A stretch of DNA of 64,000 nucleotides from Leucoraja erinacea (lineage: Eukaryota), in the NCBI RefSeq assembly GCF_028641065.1, contig NC_073383.1, positions 23,870,001 through 23,934,000 on the forward strand, written 5' to 3'. The number at the start of each line of letters is the position of its first letter. The first letter of the stretch is position 1. The notes under the pieces are model-generated. The model saw only the letters and a list, made by a program, of their open reading frames with translations, was not told the DNA's origin and ran no database searches. Of this stretch, positions 23,535-37,130 are shown piece after piece. Both the position numbers and the translations under genes were made by a program.

Positions 23535-26326
23535 CACGGGCCCGCGGGATGAATTGAGGAAAAAATAAGTATTTTCACGACCATTTATTTTGTATCTGTA
23601 CGGCAGCTGCTCTCTCTCTCTCTCTCTCTCTCTCTCGCCTCTCTCTCTCTTCTCTCTCTCTCGCCGCTCTCTCTCTCTCGCCGCACTCCCTCCTTTGCCG
23701 CGCTCTCTCCCACCGCTGCCTGTGCCGCCTGCTGTGCCAGCAGCTTGTTGTGTGTACTTAGAAAATAATAACCAGAGGTTAACCACCCGATATGCATAAG
23801 CACTTACCACCCTGCACTGAAGACCACTAGGGCCCTACTTACGTCGTCAGGCACAGTATAAACACACAGAGTACTCGGGTAGGTAACACATGTAGCAAGG
23901 CTGAGACTGTTTGCTGCTGTGGTTCAAAATGCTTCCCAAGAAAATAAAAGTTGACATTGAAGGTCAGATATTCAACGATAATTGGAAAGATCTTTTTTTC
24001 TTCTGTGAGGTCAACGGCAAACCTGTGTGTCTGATATGTTCGCAACAAGTGGCTATGGCAAAAGAGCACAATATCAAACGACACTATGAGACACAGAAAA
24101 AAATATTACAAATACGCAGGACGAGTCAGAACGTAGAAGGTAAACGAGCTTGAAGCAGTTCTGAAAGAACAGCAATCAGTGTTCACCAAAAGGTGAGAGA
24201 CTCATGATGGAGCTGTCAAGGCCAATTATATTATGGCCAACAAAATAGCTGCTGTGTCAAAGCCATACTCAGAGGGGGAATTCATCAAAGCATGCATGCT
24301 GACGGTGGCTGAGCTGGTGTGCCCTGAGAAGAGACAGGCTTTTGGTAATATCAGCTTGTCAAGAAATACTGTGGCAGAGAGAATCAGGGACCTTGCAGGA
24401 GATTTGAACAGTCAACTAAAAGACAAAGTGAAATCATTTATTGCCTTCTCTATTACAATTAATGAGAGCACCGACGTGACTGATGTAGCTCAATTGGGAA
24501 TATTTATTCATGGTGTTGATGCATCTTTGACCGTTATCGAGGAGTTCGTGGAGATGGTGCCCATGACAAACACCACAACGGCAAACAACATTTTCTTCAG
24601 CCTCAACGAGGCCTTTAACAGACTGTCAGCGTGGCTACAGATGGCGCATTGTCCATGGTCGGGAAAAGGGCGGGTGTTGTTGCGAAACTCAGAAAGAAAG
24701 TTCAGACAGAGAATCCAGAGTAGGAATTCTGGAATTTTCATTGTATTATACACCAAGAGGCGTTATGTAGCAGGAGCCTGAAAATGGACAACGTCATGGA
24801 TGTACTAATCAAAACGATTAATTTCATTAGAGCCAAGGTACTCGCCCATCGGCAATTTGACACTCTTTTGTCCGAAAGTAATATTGGAAATGGCCTACCC
24901 TACCACACTGAAGTCCGCTGGTTGAGCAGAGGGTCTGTGCTCAAACGTTTTTTTCGATTACGTGCGGAAATTGAACTGTTCATGAACAAGAAAGGGAAGC
25001 CAGTGGCAGAGTTGGGTGACCCAGACTGGCTTCATGATCTTGCATTTTTGGTGGATATAACAGAGCACTTAAATGTGCTTAATGTTAACATGCAAGGCCG
25101 CAACAAGCATGTTACCCAATACTATGACAGCATTCGTGCCCATCAAATTAAATTAGGCCTGTGAGAGATGCAACTATCCCGGAGCAACCCAGCTCATTTC
25201 CCCTCTTTGCAGTCTGTGTGGGTCGTTCATGGGAATAATGACAATGTGGACAGGTACAAGGACAAAATATCACGACTGAAAAGTGAGGTTCAGAATCGTT
25301 TCAGCTCGAGAAGGAATTCTCACTATTTTGCTCGTTGTTTGCCGTCAACCTGCGTAGCATCAGATGTGCCGGAGGAACTCCAAATGGAACTAATCGAAGT
25401 TCAGTGTAACTCGCCTTTGAAATATAAATTTGAGACTGTGAGTGTGGACTCATTCTATCAATACCTGGGACCGATGTACCCCCCAGATGACAGACTTTGC
25501 CTCAAAGATCTTTTACATCTTCGGGACAACATATCTCTATGAGCAGGCGTTCTACAAAATGAACATTAACAAATCCAAACTGCGCTCGCAGCTGACACAC
25601 AGATATCTAAATGACATTATGAAAATCACAAATGCCCAGAAACTGGTCCCTGATGTTGACAAGCTGGTTAAAGCCAAGAGACGTCAGGTGTCTGGAAGCA
25701 GCAAGTGAAAAATGAGTGACTGTTTGATGCACTGCGACATGTAAGCAAAATGCATTATGAAATATTGAGTGTCATAACATTGTGATTCATTCATTTTCTG
25801 ACTATTCTATTATTGTAAATGTGATTACTTCAATAAAAATTAGAGGCTAACTATGTTCATTGTCTGAGTTTGATTGCTGGAAGCAGGCTAATAAAAATTA
25901 GGTGCAGTTGTGTAGCCAACACTTACAATTTGTTTCATTAGGTCTACATTTGTGTCTGCTAATGTTCGATTTCAAATGGTTTATTAATGGAAAGGGTTTG
26001 GCTCCCGAAACAATCTTAGCCAAAGTAGCATTGATTTGTCTCTCTCGCATCACAACTTTCTTGTAGCTTACGACTGTAAGTTAATACCAACTGTAAAAGT
26101 AATGCTTGCTAAGCAATCTTCTTCATAAGAAACAAAATTCGTAAAATGAAACAATTTGTAGTTATAGCAGACACTGAGACACATGAGAGCAAGTTGAAAA
26201 AACGAAGGCAACGAAAGCTGTGGGAGCACGCGCGCTTGCATTCGCCCGTGCCCAGCTGATCCGGCCCACATGAAGTCGCATTTTGCTCATTCCGGCCCAT
26301 GACCTAAAATGAGTTTGACACCCCTG
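23535..26326 (+). mobile_element. hAT DNA transposon, Buster/Charlie group
   Basis: Right TIR gagtttgacacccctg. 8-bp TSD ccctaaag (nnnTAnnn) at 23527-23534 and 26327-26334. Left TIR damaged. Confidence 0.9.
23929..25708 (+). pseudogene. hAT transposase (GTF2IRD2/SPIN-like), frameshifted
   Basis: BED finger PVCLIC...NIKRHYET, NESTDVTD, CIIHQE, YHTEVRWLSRG, DLAFLVDIT, and C-terminal FGTTYLYEQAF..M..NKSKLRSQL, spread over five ORF pieces. Confidence 0.9.
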
Positions 26327-27596
26327 CCCTAAAGGAAGTAATATATTTCCAAGCCAGCACACAGTGTCACTAGAAGAGAAACCTGCTGGTGGTGCTGTCC
26401 CCCTACATGTTCTGCTCTTTGTAGAAGAGGTTGTAAGGAAAAACAGCTTCTGTGAGCTGCTGCTGAACCTTTAGTATGATGGAGCGTATTACAGTCATGG
26501 TGTACTAGTGATGGAGGATTTGAATATCTAGGGCAGTCTAGATTGCTTTCTTCTGGAGCAATGCATTGAGAATGAGGACTGAAGTAAAACAGAAGGCCTT
26601 CATGAACTACAGCTTATTGAAAGAAGTGGCTATGGAGAGGTCGGATGTTTTACTCATCATCTTCCAAACGTCTATGTGTTTTGGAATTGTTCCTACAGAT
26701 TGGAGGCTGGCAAAAGAGATCCCATATATAAGAAAGAAGGAAGAGAGATAAAAACAGACTGCTGACTTGTAATGCTAACATCAGTAATAGGGAAAATATT
26801 GATGAAGGTTGTAATAAGAGAACAGCTGCAAAAGATTAATGGGATTGAACAGTTGACATAAATTTATGAAAAGGAGTTCATTTTCAACTACCATAATGTA
26901 CTGGAGTTCCTTAAGGATATGACTAGCAGAATAATTAGGGGGGACACGTGCATTTTAGACCCAAGGAACTGCAGATGTTGGTTTTCCAGAATTTATTTTA
27001 CTACATTTGGAGTACTATGTAAAGTTTTCGTCTGCTTACTTAAAAAAAGGATACCATTGTGACATAGATTCACAAGGTTAGCTTTGTCTGCCCTGGCACT
27101 CGCAACACACCTTTGTTGATGGACTTTGAAATTCCCCACCCAAAATACATACCAACTCTTTTACTGGAAGGAATAAAAATTCTTTACCTAGTCTCTTCAA
27201 GCGCACTCCATTTTCTTATCTGCTTCGACGTGTGTAAGTGTCAACATGAACCTTTTCTTTTTCAAAATCCATTAACTGCATCCATATTTCCTAAATGAAA
27301 TACATTTTAAAAATAATCAACTGAATTATGCACATCCACAGAAAGATGTTTGTTTTTCTAACTCACAAAGGAAACTACAATGAGCATTACTTTCCGCAAT
27401 CAAGCTATGTGAACATCATAGGAAGTACAGTTCATTGACATTTCTAATTAACCAGTCAATTATATTCTAATGAATGGCCTTCACTCAGTTATGCCTATCC
27501 TTTATTGACATTGGAATCTTTATTATTGTCACAAACAGTGAACATTTTTGTTTTCCATGTTATTCAGGCAACTCATACCATACACGAATGTTAACT

Positions 27597-27680
27597 ACAG
27601 ATAACCCTTGTTATAACGAACCATGGGGGGGCAAGAATGGTGTCCGTTATTGCCGATTGTCCGCTATAACCGAGTAAGGG
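27597..27680 (+). mobile_element. Left end of a pogo/Tigger-like element
   Basis: ta|cagataacccttgttataacg...tccgttat...tccgctataaccgag. No matching right TIR found. Confidence 0.45.
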
Positions 27681-28794
27681 ATTCGCTCCAACCACCTAGT
27701 GGTCAATCCGTGAAACAATGAGTTGTTTGCAAATACAAAGTTATTTTTAACAACTAAAAATATATTTTTGTTACTTCAAGCTAAAAATACTGAAGGCTGT
27801 TTGTTACATTGTTTAATGGAGTTTCATTGCCACGTGTCGATCGAAGCAATTGCTTGTCATTTTATCTGGCCACATGCAGTGTACCTAGCAGCCTGTGTTG
27901 TTAAAGAGACAATGGTGTCTGGTTATTGTTGTCAAATATGAAGATCAGATATCAGATATAATTGTGAAATTTAGTACTAAGCAATGACATCCATGGAATG
28001 AATGAATGAAAAACATTTTTCCTCCTACACAAAGGGTGTGGGAATCTTGGATTCTTTCCCTGAACAGGTGAGGATAATATAATTTTTTTACACTGAATTT
28101 GATTTATTTTAACTGGGTGAGTGCTATGGAAGTTGAGATGTGTTTCTTTTGTGATTCATCTAATTGAATGAGAAAATGAGCTAATGGGCTGAATGGTTTA
28201 CTCATATTCCCATGTTTTCTAAGTATATATTAAACAAGCCATGAAATTTTTCAGCCCATGCCCTTGACAGCTTATGTCAAGTGGAAAAGTTTGCAGGTTT
28301 GTAACTAACACTCAGAGGAAGATAGCAATAGGATGCCATTAGCTGAAGAAATCTTAATGTGCTACTGCTGATAAGCTCTTACTATTTTAATAATAGCCTG
28401 GCCTAATTTCACCATATTATACCCCCTGTCAAGTTTTCTTCTGAAGTCAGGTTAATGGCTGGTTCCCACTCAGTCACAAAGCTGAAGAACATGCAACAGC
28501 CAATTACCTTGGAATACGATGGGACAGTAAAGCAGAATGTCTCCAATAATTACTAACATGACAGAAATATTGCTTGAGTGGAGCCAAGGCACCAAACATC
28601 TTTGGATAAATCCTAAAATCCTCCAGAGATTCTGTAAGTTTTCTGCAGGAAGTTTACAGAGGAAGAAAAAGAGGTGAGGTGAAATCAGATCAGATCAGAT
28701 CAGAATGTAAGTCTGCAAAACGCAAAGATCAAAGAGCAGCAGAAGAAACAAGATGTATCCAAAGTACCTACAAATGGGAACAGTAAAAGCATTA

Positions 28795-28997
28795 AGGGCC
28801 TGTCCTACTTTCACGACCTAATTCACGACCTCTGCTGAGTTTGCCCTTGACTCATACTCGCAGCATGGTCGTCACAAGGTCGTAGAAGGTCGTAGGTAAG
28901 TCGTAGCAGGCCATAATGCTAGTCGTAGGTACTCGTAGGAAAAATGTCCATGAGTAAAAAAGGTCATGAATTAGGTCGTGAAGATGGGACAGGCCCT
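28795..28997. mobile_element. PIF/Harbinger-type MITE (same family as 19716-19952, opposite orientation)
   Basis: TIR agggcctgtcc, TTA TSD, ggtcgtag array. Confidence 0.8.
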
Positions 28998-29759
28998 TTA
29001 GCAGTAGCTGCCAGTTTGGGGCTGTGGAATAATCTGAGATTTTTTTATACTTTTTGCAAAGCCATTAACTATGCAAGATTTGCTGTTCTTTGAACTTCTA
29101 TTGACCTTCACAGTAACTGAATTCAGAGATTTGGCATGAGAAGATTAAACTGGCCAAATACTGCTAGTTTTTATACATTTGTTATAGATAAAACTGTACG
29201 TAGTTGAGACCCCAACCAAATATTTTACACAACACAACTACCTATCCTCTATCCCTTACTCAGTTAACTCCCACTCAGTATTTTCTATACAAAATGAATA
29301 ATTTGCTATTAATTAAATTACCTTTAGCTAAGAGACCCGATGTTAGATATTTTAGCTGCTTCAACTATTTTTCAAAAAAAGATTCATTTTATGTTCATTA
29401 GGAATGATCTACTTTTGCCAAATCAACACTGGCTTTCTCTGCTCAGCTGAAATTTTTCAAACTGCAGACAAATTCTATCTTTAATTTTAAATTCTTATAA
29501 TGTCCCTAACCACAGATATTAGTAGAACTAGTTGATTAATCCCTGGTTTACCTATCATTTTTCATAAATAATTGAACAGTGTGTGTGGATTTGGAATCTA
29601 AAGGAACCAATCCTAAATCAAGAGAGCTCCTGAAATTTGCAAATTAAGTTTCTGCCATCCTCTCTACCTGTTTCTGAGATGGAAACAATCAGATCTTGGA
29701 CCTTTCTCTCCCTTAATGCCATTCCTTTCATCATTGTTGCTGTTGTGCTTATAATAATT

Positions 29760-30370
29760 TAGAGTAATTGAGTCATAGAATCATATAGCGTGGAAACAGG
29801 CTCTTCGGCCCAACTTGCCCACGCCGACCAATATGCCCCATCTACACAAGTCCCACCAGCCCATGCTTGGCCCGTTTCCCTCTAAACCTATCCTATCCAT
29901 GTACCTGTTTAAATTTTTCTTAAACGTTGCGATAGTAACTGCCTCAATTACATCTTCAGGCAGCTTGTTCCATACACCCACCACCCTTTGTATAAATTGT
30001 TACCCCTCAGGTTCCTATTAAATCTTTCCCCCTTACCTTAAACCTATGCCCTCTGGTTTTTGATTCCCCTACTCTGGGCAAAACACTGTGCATTTATCCA
30101 ATATATTCTTCTCATGATTTTGTACACCTCCAAGGAATAAAGCCATAGCCTGCGCTCCAAGGAATAAAGCCATAGCCATAGCCTGCTCAACCTCTCCCTA
30201 TAGCTCAGGTACTTGAGTCCTGGCAGCATCCTCGTACATCTTCTCTGCACCATTTCCAGCTTGACAATATTTTCCTATAACATGGTGACCAAAACTGAAC
30301 ACAATATAAATGTGGCCTCACCATCATCTTATATAACTGTGACATAACCTTCCAAAATCTATACTCAAGT
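29760..30370 (-). mobile_element. CR1 (HER1-like) LINE 3' fragment
   Basis: VQRRCTRMLPGL, VGVWNKLPE, and a 3' tail shared with the V-SINE. Confidence 0.85.
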
Positions 30371-33069
30371 TCTTTCCTTTATTTAATAAGTTTCCTTGTG
30401 ACTTTCCTCTTACTTCGCTATAAACGGTGGTACAATTCTTCAATATGGCCACTTATTCCTTATTTTCACATTTTATAACTTTTTGTTTGAGGCCATCCAT
30501 CCATTTCACTAAACTAAAAAAAATGATATCCTTTGACAGTTTTTCATTATACACTGTTTTGAATTCTTATTATATCCTTTGTGTCTTTCCTATTTGCATG
30601 CTATTTCTTTTGGTTTTAGTTTGATGTCTCTTTCATTTTTCATGATTGTTTTAGCAACTGGATTGGATAGATAAAACTATCAGCATTTGCAATTTCTGTT
30701 CATGCCTGGCAAAATGTGTACATTTAGATGTTACTGTCATTATTTACACCTATCTAGGCAGATAGGTGATTTCCAGCTTACTCCATTATAATCAAATGAC
30801 ATTAGCTAATTGATGAAAATTCCAGGTTTTTATAATGCAATAAGACCCAAGTAAGACTTTATTGGACTATCAAGCCATAATTACCACGACAAATTCTGCT
30901 AAAAAAAAATTATTATGCGTGTGGATTTGACCTCGGATAAATTTTCAAAAATATTACAGTGCTTACATTATTTCAGTTTTACATTAACCTTATACAATAC
31001 AATATCTATTTTCCTCTTAATAACATATTTCAAAAATTGTGAGAAAATGTAAATTTTCATTCCCTATTTACTGTTTTTACTAATTTCCGGTTGCCAAGTC
31101 AGGTGAAGAGATCAATGTTGCTGGAAGCCAGGGATCCTTTCAAACTAAAAAAACATTCAGGGACTGATATTGGAACAGAAGTTGGTTAAAGTCAGCTCAT
31201 TAAATCATTTGGGCAGCTTTATTCAGAGGTAAATTTTGAGCTCCAGGTCTTTTCTTTCCTAAGTATTTATTTTTCTGTGCCTGATTTGACATTGAATTCC
31301 CCCTCTGTAAATTGCAATTCCTTCTCTGTCATCTCTTGATTTATTTCTCAATTCTTACATCTAACTCTTTAAAGGTAGTGTTCACTCATGACCTAAATAC
31401 AATGTGCTTGTGCTCCATGATCGCAAACTCTGTAAATCAATATGTTTTCTAATTAGATTAAAAATTAGAAACACTACATTGAATCAAGTATAAAAAACTT
31501 CAGTAAACTGAATCACAGTTGCTCTGGGGGAAAAAAAAGAATCCCGTATTGTTTTTTGTCTGCAAATAATTTATTCTTATTTAAAATACTTGCACATCTC
31601 CCTTCTACTTTTGCTGTTGGCTTCTACTGTCCATATCGGTAAAATCTTCCAGATCACAACACATGTTTGAATGAAAAAAACCCTTCCAGATCCTCAGTGA
31701 TGGATGGTAATTTATTCCTAAAACAAAAGATAGCCTCTCTCTATCTGATTTATCAGAATATATATCAGAACAACCTGATTTTCATTGTCCATGACCACCT
31801 GACAGCATTAAGTTAAAGGATAATGCATTCAGCAAACATTTAGTACATGCCGGCTGTAAATAAATTCCAATGTCTCTTCCCTGAGGGGGTTTACAGAGAA
31901 GATTGTCCAGCTTCTCAAAATATGATCCAAGTCAAAGATACCAAATATCAGAACATTTTAAGCAGAGTAGGAGTAAAAATCAGTAGATTGCCAGGCAGCT
32001 CTTTTTCTGTATGTTGGCGTTTCATCTTAAGTTGTCACGTTACTGTACAATGGTAACCGCTTTGCATGCTGTGCACTAAAGCTGCTGGTAATGATTGACT
32101 CAGAAATCTACCCTTTGATACTCAGTATGTTCTTTGTTTCACACAATCTCGAGGTTGAACTGCTGGTCAGGGTGAGTCGTGTTTACAAACAACAGCAGCG
32201 AGTGAAGTATTGTCAGGGAGAGGCTTGCAAGTCTGCATTGGTAAATAATGTCATATTTTTGGCTCTTCAGACCCTAAACAACTGAAGAGATACATCCAAT
32301 AACAACCTGTATTTCTGCTGGTATTGAAACTACTGTGTGTGTTTTGATTTTAGCTACCACCTTCAATAGCACAAAAGAGCATTATTTGCTGCTAACATTG
32401 GTGACGTCAATGGTAAATAAAAATTATTATGTGACCTTCACTTCTTTTTATTCCCCCTGAATTTGCTCATAAATTATTTCTAGCTCAACATTTTTGCTCC
32501 AATAGGATTTAAATATTCAAACAAACAAGTAGACGGGCTCAGGTCAGAAAAGTAATGAATTTCTTGAATGTGCTCAGATAATTTTCTGCAATGCTCTTAG
32601 ATTTATCATCAATAGTTGAAGCGGTTTGACCACAAACTGGTACACCGGTCTGAAACTGGTACATTTCTGATGGCATCTAAAGGTTGTTATGTGCCAGATG
32701 GAATATGAGACAATATTCCTCAAGATTACTTGCAGAGGCAGGAACTAATTAGGAGAAGTGAACATGGTATTGTGCAGGGAATTTTGGGGATAATTAATTA
32801 AAATAATTGATGTAGGCAGAGTGCTTGATGAGGTTTTACACAGTCTTAGGCTTTTGACAAGGTCCCGCATGGTAGACTGGTTCAGAAGGTTAAAGTGCAA
32901 ATGATCCAAGGCCTATTGGTAAAATGAATCCCAAACTAGCGAAGATAAAAGGCAGAGGATAATGATGAATAGGTATTTTTCTGACTGAATGTCTGCAACA
33001 GGTGGTGTACAATTTGGATTGGTTCTGGAACCTTTGCTGGCACTCACTGAAACAGTGCAGAATACCACA

Positions 33070-33396
33070 GTTTAGTTTAGTTTAGTTTAGAGATACAGCG
33101 CAGAAACAGGTCCTTCAGCCCACCATGTCCGCACTGACCAACGATCGCTGCATACTAACATTATCCTACACACATTAGGGACAATTTTACAATCATACCA
33201 AGCCATACCAAGCCAATTAGCCAACAAATATGTACGTTTTTGGAGTATGGGAGCAAACCGGAGCACCTGGGGAAAACCCACGAAGGTCACGGGGAGAACA
33301 TAGAAACTCCGTGCAGATAGTACCCATAGTCAGGATCGAACCCGGGTCTGTGGTGCTGTTAGGCAGCAGCTCTACTGCTGCACCACCGTGCTGCCT
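33070..33396 (-). mobile_element. V-SINE (HE1-like), full length
   Basis: (tttag)n tail, V-domain and tRNA-like head on the minus strand. Confidence 0.85.
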
Positions 33397-33429
33397 AATT
33401 AGGTCATTAATTAAGTCAGGCTGGCAATG

Positions 33430-33550
33430 GAAGGGAGAAATGGATCATTCAATCTACATTTAATTTCTCCAATATAGCGAAGACCATCTTGTGAGCACTG
33501 AATGCAATACATTAAGTTGGAAAAAGTGCACCTGGTATCTCTTCTCCATT
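33430..33550 (-). pseudogene. Penelope GIY-YIG endonuclease fragment
   Basis: CTFSNLMYCIQCSQDGLRYIGEIKCRLNDPF matches the PLE GIY-YIG pattern. Confidence 0.7.
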
Positions 33551-34450
33551 CTGGGTTTCTGGAAGGTGGAAAGGAACAAGGTAAAAAATCTGGTGGCAGT
33601 TCAGTTTTCCTTCTGTGCATGTTGCAGCCTTTGGGACTTTATAACAGATTTAATTTCAGGTAATTATTTGTATCTGATCTGGCCATTTTACTATAAGGTT
33701 ATCCATATGTAATAGTAACTAAAATTTTCTATCACCATTGAAACAATCTGTTCCGCTGGGCATTTTGAGCAATCTCCTTTCAGTTTACGGTTTTGTCAAG
33801 AGATCCTAAATTCCGCACCTTTAACAAGTCTTTTTGTTACATTTTATATTATTTTACAACATAAAGGAGGACATTTGTCCCATCAAGTCTCTGTTAATTC
33901 TCAAGGCATCCCCATCAATCCCATTTTTCCACAATTTCCTGTTACATTTTTTCTCCTATACATGACTCCATTCTGGTCTCCTACTAACTACCAGCGTTAT
34001 GGGTATTTTACAGTAATCACTTGCCAAAACAACCAGCATGACTTTGGGATGTGGGAAGAAACTAGAGCACATGAAGGAAACGTGGAATTGAAGGAATGAT
34101 GCTCACAGAAAGGCTGTGCAAACTCCACACAGACAGCAATCCAAGTCAGGATTGAATGTTGTGTGTCTTGTTACTTTATATTGGTATGACTGTATGGCAA
34201 ATCAAATTCCTTGTATGTTGCAAAACATACTTGGCTAATAAAGTATGATTATGATTATGATTTGGGTTGATGGAATATTGTGAAATTGTGTTGTGCACTC
34301 TGGGTACTCAGAAATGAACATGAAATGCAATGCAAATAAACATATCATCTCGATGGAAATCTGACTGCAATGCGGAGGTGTGGCCTAGATATCTGTGGCA
34401 TGGAAACTTGACTCGAGGCAGAGTAATTCACAAAATGCTGCAAATACTAA

Positions 34451-34695
34451 AGGGCTTGGCCCACTTGGGCGTCATTTGCACGTCACTTACGTGACATAAT
34501 TTACACGTCACGATGCACGATGCGCACATCGTGATGCGAGCATGGCGTGCATTACGCGCACATGGCGCGTGGTGAGGCGTGGTGGCGTAGGCAGTGACGT
34601 GTGCGTCACGATGCGCGCGTCGTGCATCATGGGTCATGTCGCGTAAATAACGTCCAAGTAGGACATGCAAATGACGCCCAAGTGGGACAGGCCCT
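34451..34695. mobile_element. PIF/Harbinger-type MITE with CpG-rich interior
   Basis: Right TIR aagtgggacaggccct, TAA TSD, cacg/gcgt arrays. Confidence 0.8.
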
Positions 34696-35042
34696 TAAAT
34701 ACACGTCAGCATCTGCAAAATGAGAAACCCTTACATCTTTGAGTTTTCAAGCATCTGTAGTTTTTTGAGTATTGTGTAATGTCACACTGTTCTAAATTAG
34801 GAGAATTGAAAACATAACAAGAGATAAATATTTTCATATCATACTGTAGTTTCTGAAACAGTTGTTTCGCTTGGTTGAAGATTCTGAAACTATTCTGAGT
34901 TGAGAAGATGAGAAATTCTTCACCCAGAGATGGTGACATTCTGGAGATTTTGATCTCCGAATTTTCTTAAGGAAGGCGTCTTCAAATTATTTGGCAATAA
35001 TTGCAGTGGGCAGACCCCTAACATGATTGCTAGGAGATAGCA

Positions 35043-36020
35043 AGAAACATAGAAACATAGAAATTAGGTGCAGGAGTAGGCCATTCGACCCTTCGAGCCT
35101 GCACCACCATTCAATATGATCATGGCTGATCATTCAACTCAGTATCCCGTACCTGCCTTCTCTTCATACCCTCTGATCCCCTTAGCCACAAGGGCCACAT
35201 CTAACTCCCTCTTAAATATAGCCAATGAACTAGCCTCAACTACCCTCTGTGGCAGAGAGTTCCAGAGATTCACCACTCTCTGTGTGAAAAAAAGTTTTTC
35301 TCATCTCGGTTTTAAAGGATTTCCCCCTTATCCTTAAGCTGTGACCCCTTGTCCTGGACTTCCCCAACATCGGGAACACTCTTCCTGCATCTAGCCTGTC
35401 CAGCCCCTTAAGAATTTTGTAAGTTTCTATAAGATCCCCTCTCAATCTCCTAAATTCTAGAGAGTATAAACCGTCTATCCAGTCTTTCTTCATAAGACAG
35501 TCCTGACATCCCAGGAATCAGTCAGGTGAACCTTCTCTGCACTCCCTCTATGGCAATAATGTCCTTCCTCAGATTTGGAGACCAAAACTGTACGCAATAC
35601 TCTAGGTGTGGTCTCACCAAGACCCTGTACAACTGCAGTAGAACCCCTCTGCTCCTACACTCAAATCCTTTTGCTATGAAAGCTAACATACCATTCGCTT
35701 TCTTCACTGCCTGCTGCACCTGCATGCCTACTTTCAATGACTGGTGTACCATGACACCCAGGTCTCGCTGCATCTCCCCTTTTCCTAATCGGCCACCATT
35801 TAGATAATAGTCTGCTTTCCTGTTTTTGCCACCAAAATGGATAACCTCACATTTATCCACATTATACTGCATCTGTCAAACTTTTGCCCACTCACCCAGC
35901 CTATCCAAGTCACCTTGCAGTCTCCTAGCATCCTCCTCACAGCTAACACTGCCCCCCAGCTTAGTGTCATCCGCAAACTTGGAGATATTGCCTTCAATTC
36001 CCTCATCCAGATCATTAATC
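35043..36020 (-). mobile_element. CR1 LINE 3' fragment with (aaacatag)n tail
   Basis: FADD region, RPHLEYCVQFWSP, RLRGDLIETYK. Confidence 0.9.
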
Positions 36021-36912
36021 TGGCCTTCCATGTATAGACGTCACAAAGAGTCCAATGTTGCAGTGCAGTTGGAATTCAAGCATACTGGTACGGATATGCT
36101 AGACTTCCTGACGGCCACAGAACCAAGTACCAACAGAAAACAAAAAAAGTCATTGGAGGACTAGAAAGGAAAAGCCAAAATAAGTATCCAAAATCAAAAT
36201 GTTCCTTGAGAGTTCAGGAAATTTTGTTCCATCGGACCTAAGTTCCTCCTTCAAACCAAAGGGCGACATTTGCATTAGTTCAATCTAATGGTCATAGTAC
36301 AGCTTATTCGGTGAACGTTCATATTACACAGCCATAGCAATGTATTTATTTTTTAATATAGATATAAAGTTTTTGAGGTTCAGATCGCACAAACCAGATT
36401 GTGGAATTTGAGCTGCAAAGCCAATAGAAATATTATCTAATACAAAAGGAATTTGGTCTATTCATTTACCTGAAGGTGGTGGCATTAGTTAGCAGCACCA
36501 CTTTTCAATGGTACACAGTTTCTGGACATCACTTTTCCGAGGCTGTGACAATTATTTGAAATTCAACCTTTCCAAAATTAGTTGTTTAACCTAGACAGTT
36601 AAACTACATTGTTTATTTTTTTTAACTTGCACAGTACATCTTGTCAAGGTCTCGGCTGTACCACCTATATTATTTTTAACACTAATTTGTCACATCTTAT
36701 TCTATTGTGAAAGTTCAAAGACTAATCTAGTTTTCAGTAGGAAATGCAAAATTATCTCAATCAATGTCATAGTCTGTACACTAAATGTTGAAATAGTCTT
36801 AGCATAACTTAGTAATCCATTACTCATTACTTTTTAGTAACTTTGTTCAGATGACCATCAGCACAAACAAACTTTTAATGTTCAAGTTGAGTGGCCAAAA
36901 TGAATATATTAT

Positions 36913-37130
36913 NNNNNNNNNNNNNNNNNNNNNNNNNNNNNNNNNNNNNNNNNNNNNNNNNNNNNNNNNNNNNNNNNNNNNNNNNNNNNNNNNNNNNNNN
37001 NNNNNNNNNNNNNNNNNNNNNNNNNNNNNNNNNNNNNNNNNNNNNNNNNNNNNNNNNNNNNNNNNNNNNNNNNNNNNNNNNNNNNNNNNNNNNNNNNNNN
37101 NNNNNNNNNNNNNNNNNNNNNNNNNNNNNN
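36913..37130. other. Assembly gap (218 N)
   Basis: Run of n. Confidence 1.

Noticed and set aside
23529-23810. RE-rich ORFs
   Set aside because: Translation of a (CT)n microsatellite inside the hAT.
23929-25708. Host GTF2IRD2/ZBED-like gene
   Set aside because: Multiple stops and frameshifts, and it is enclosed by a TIR and 8-bp TSD.
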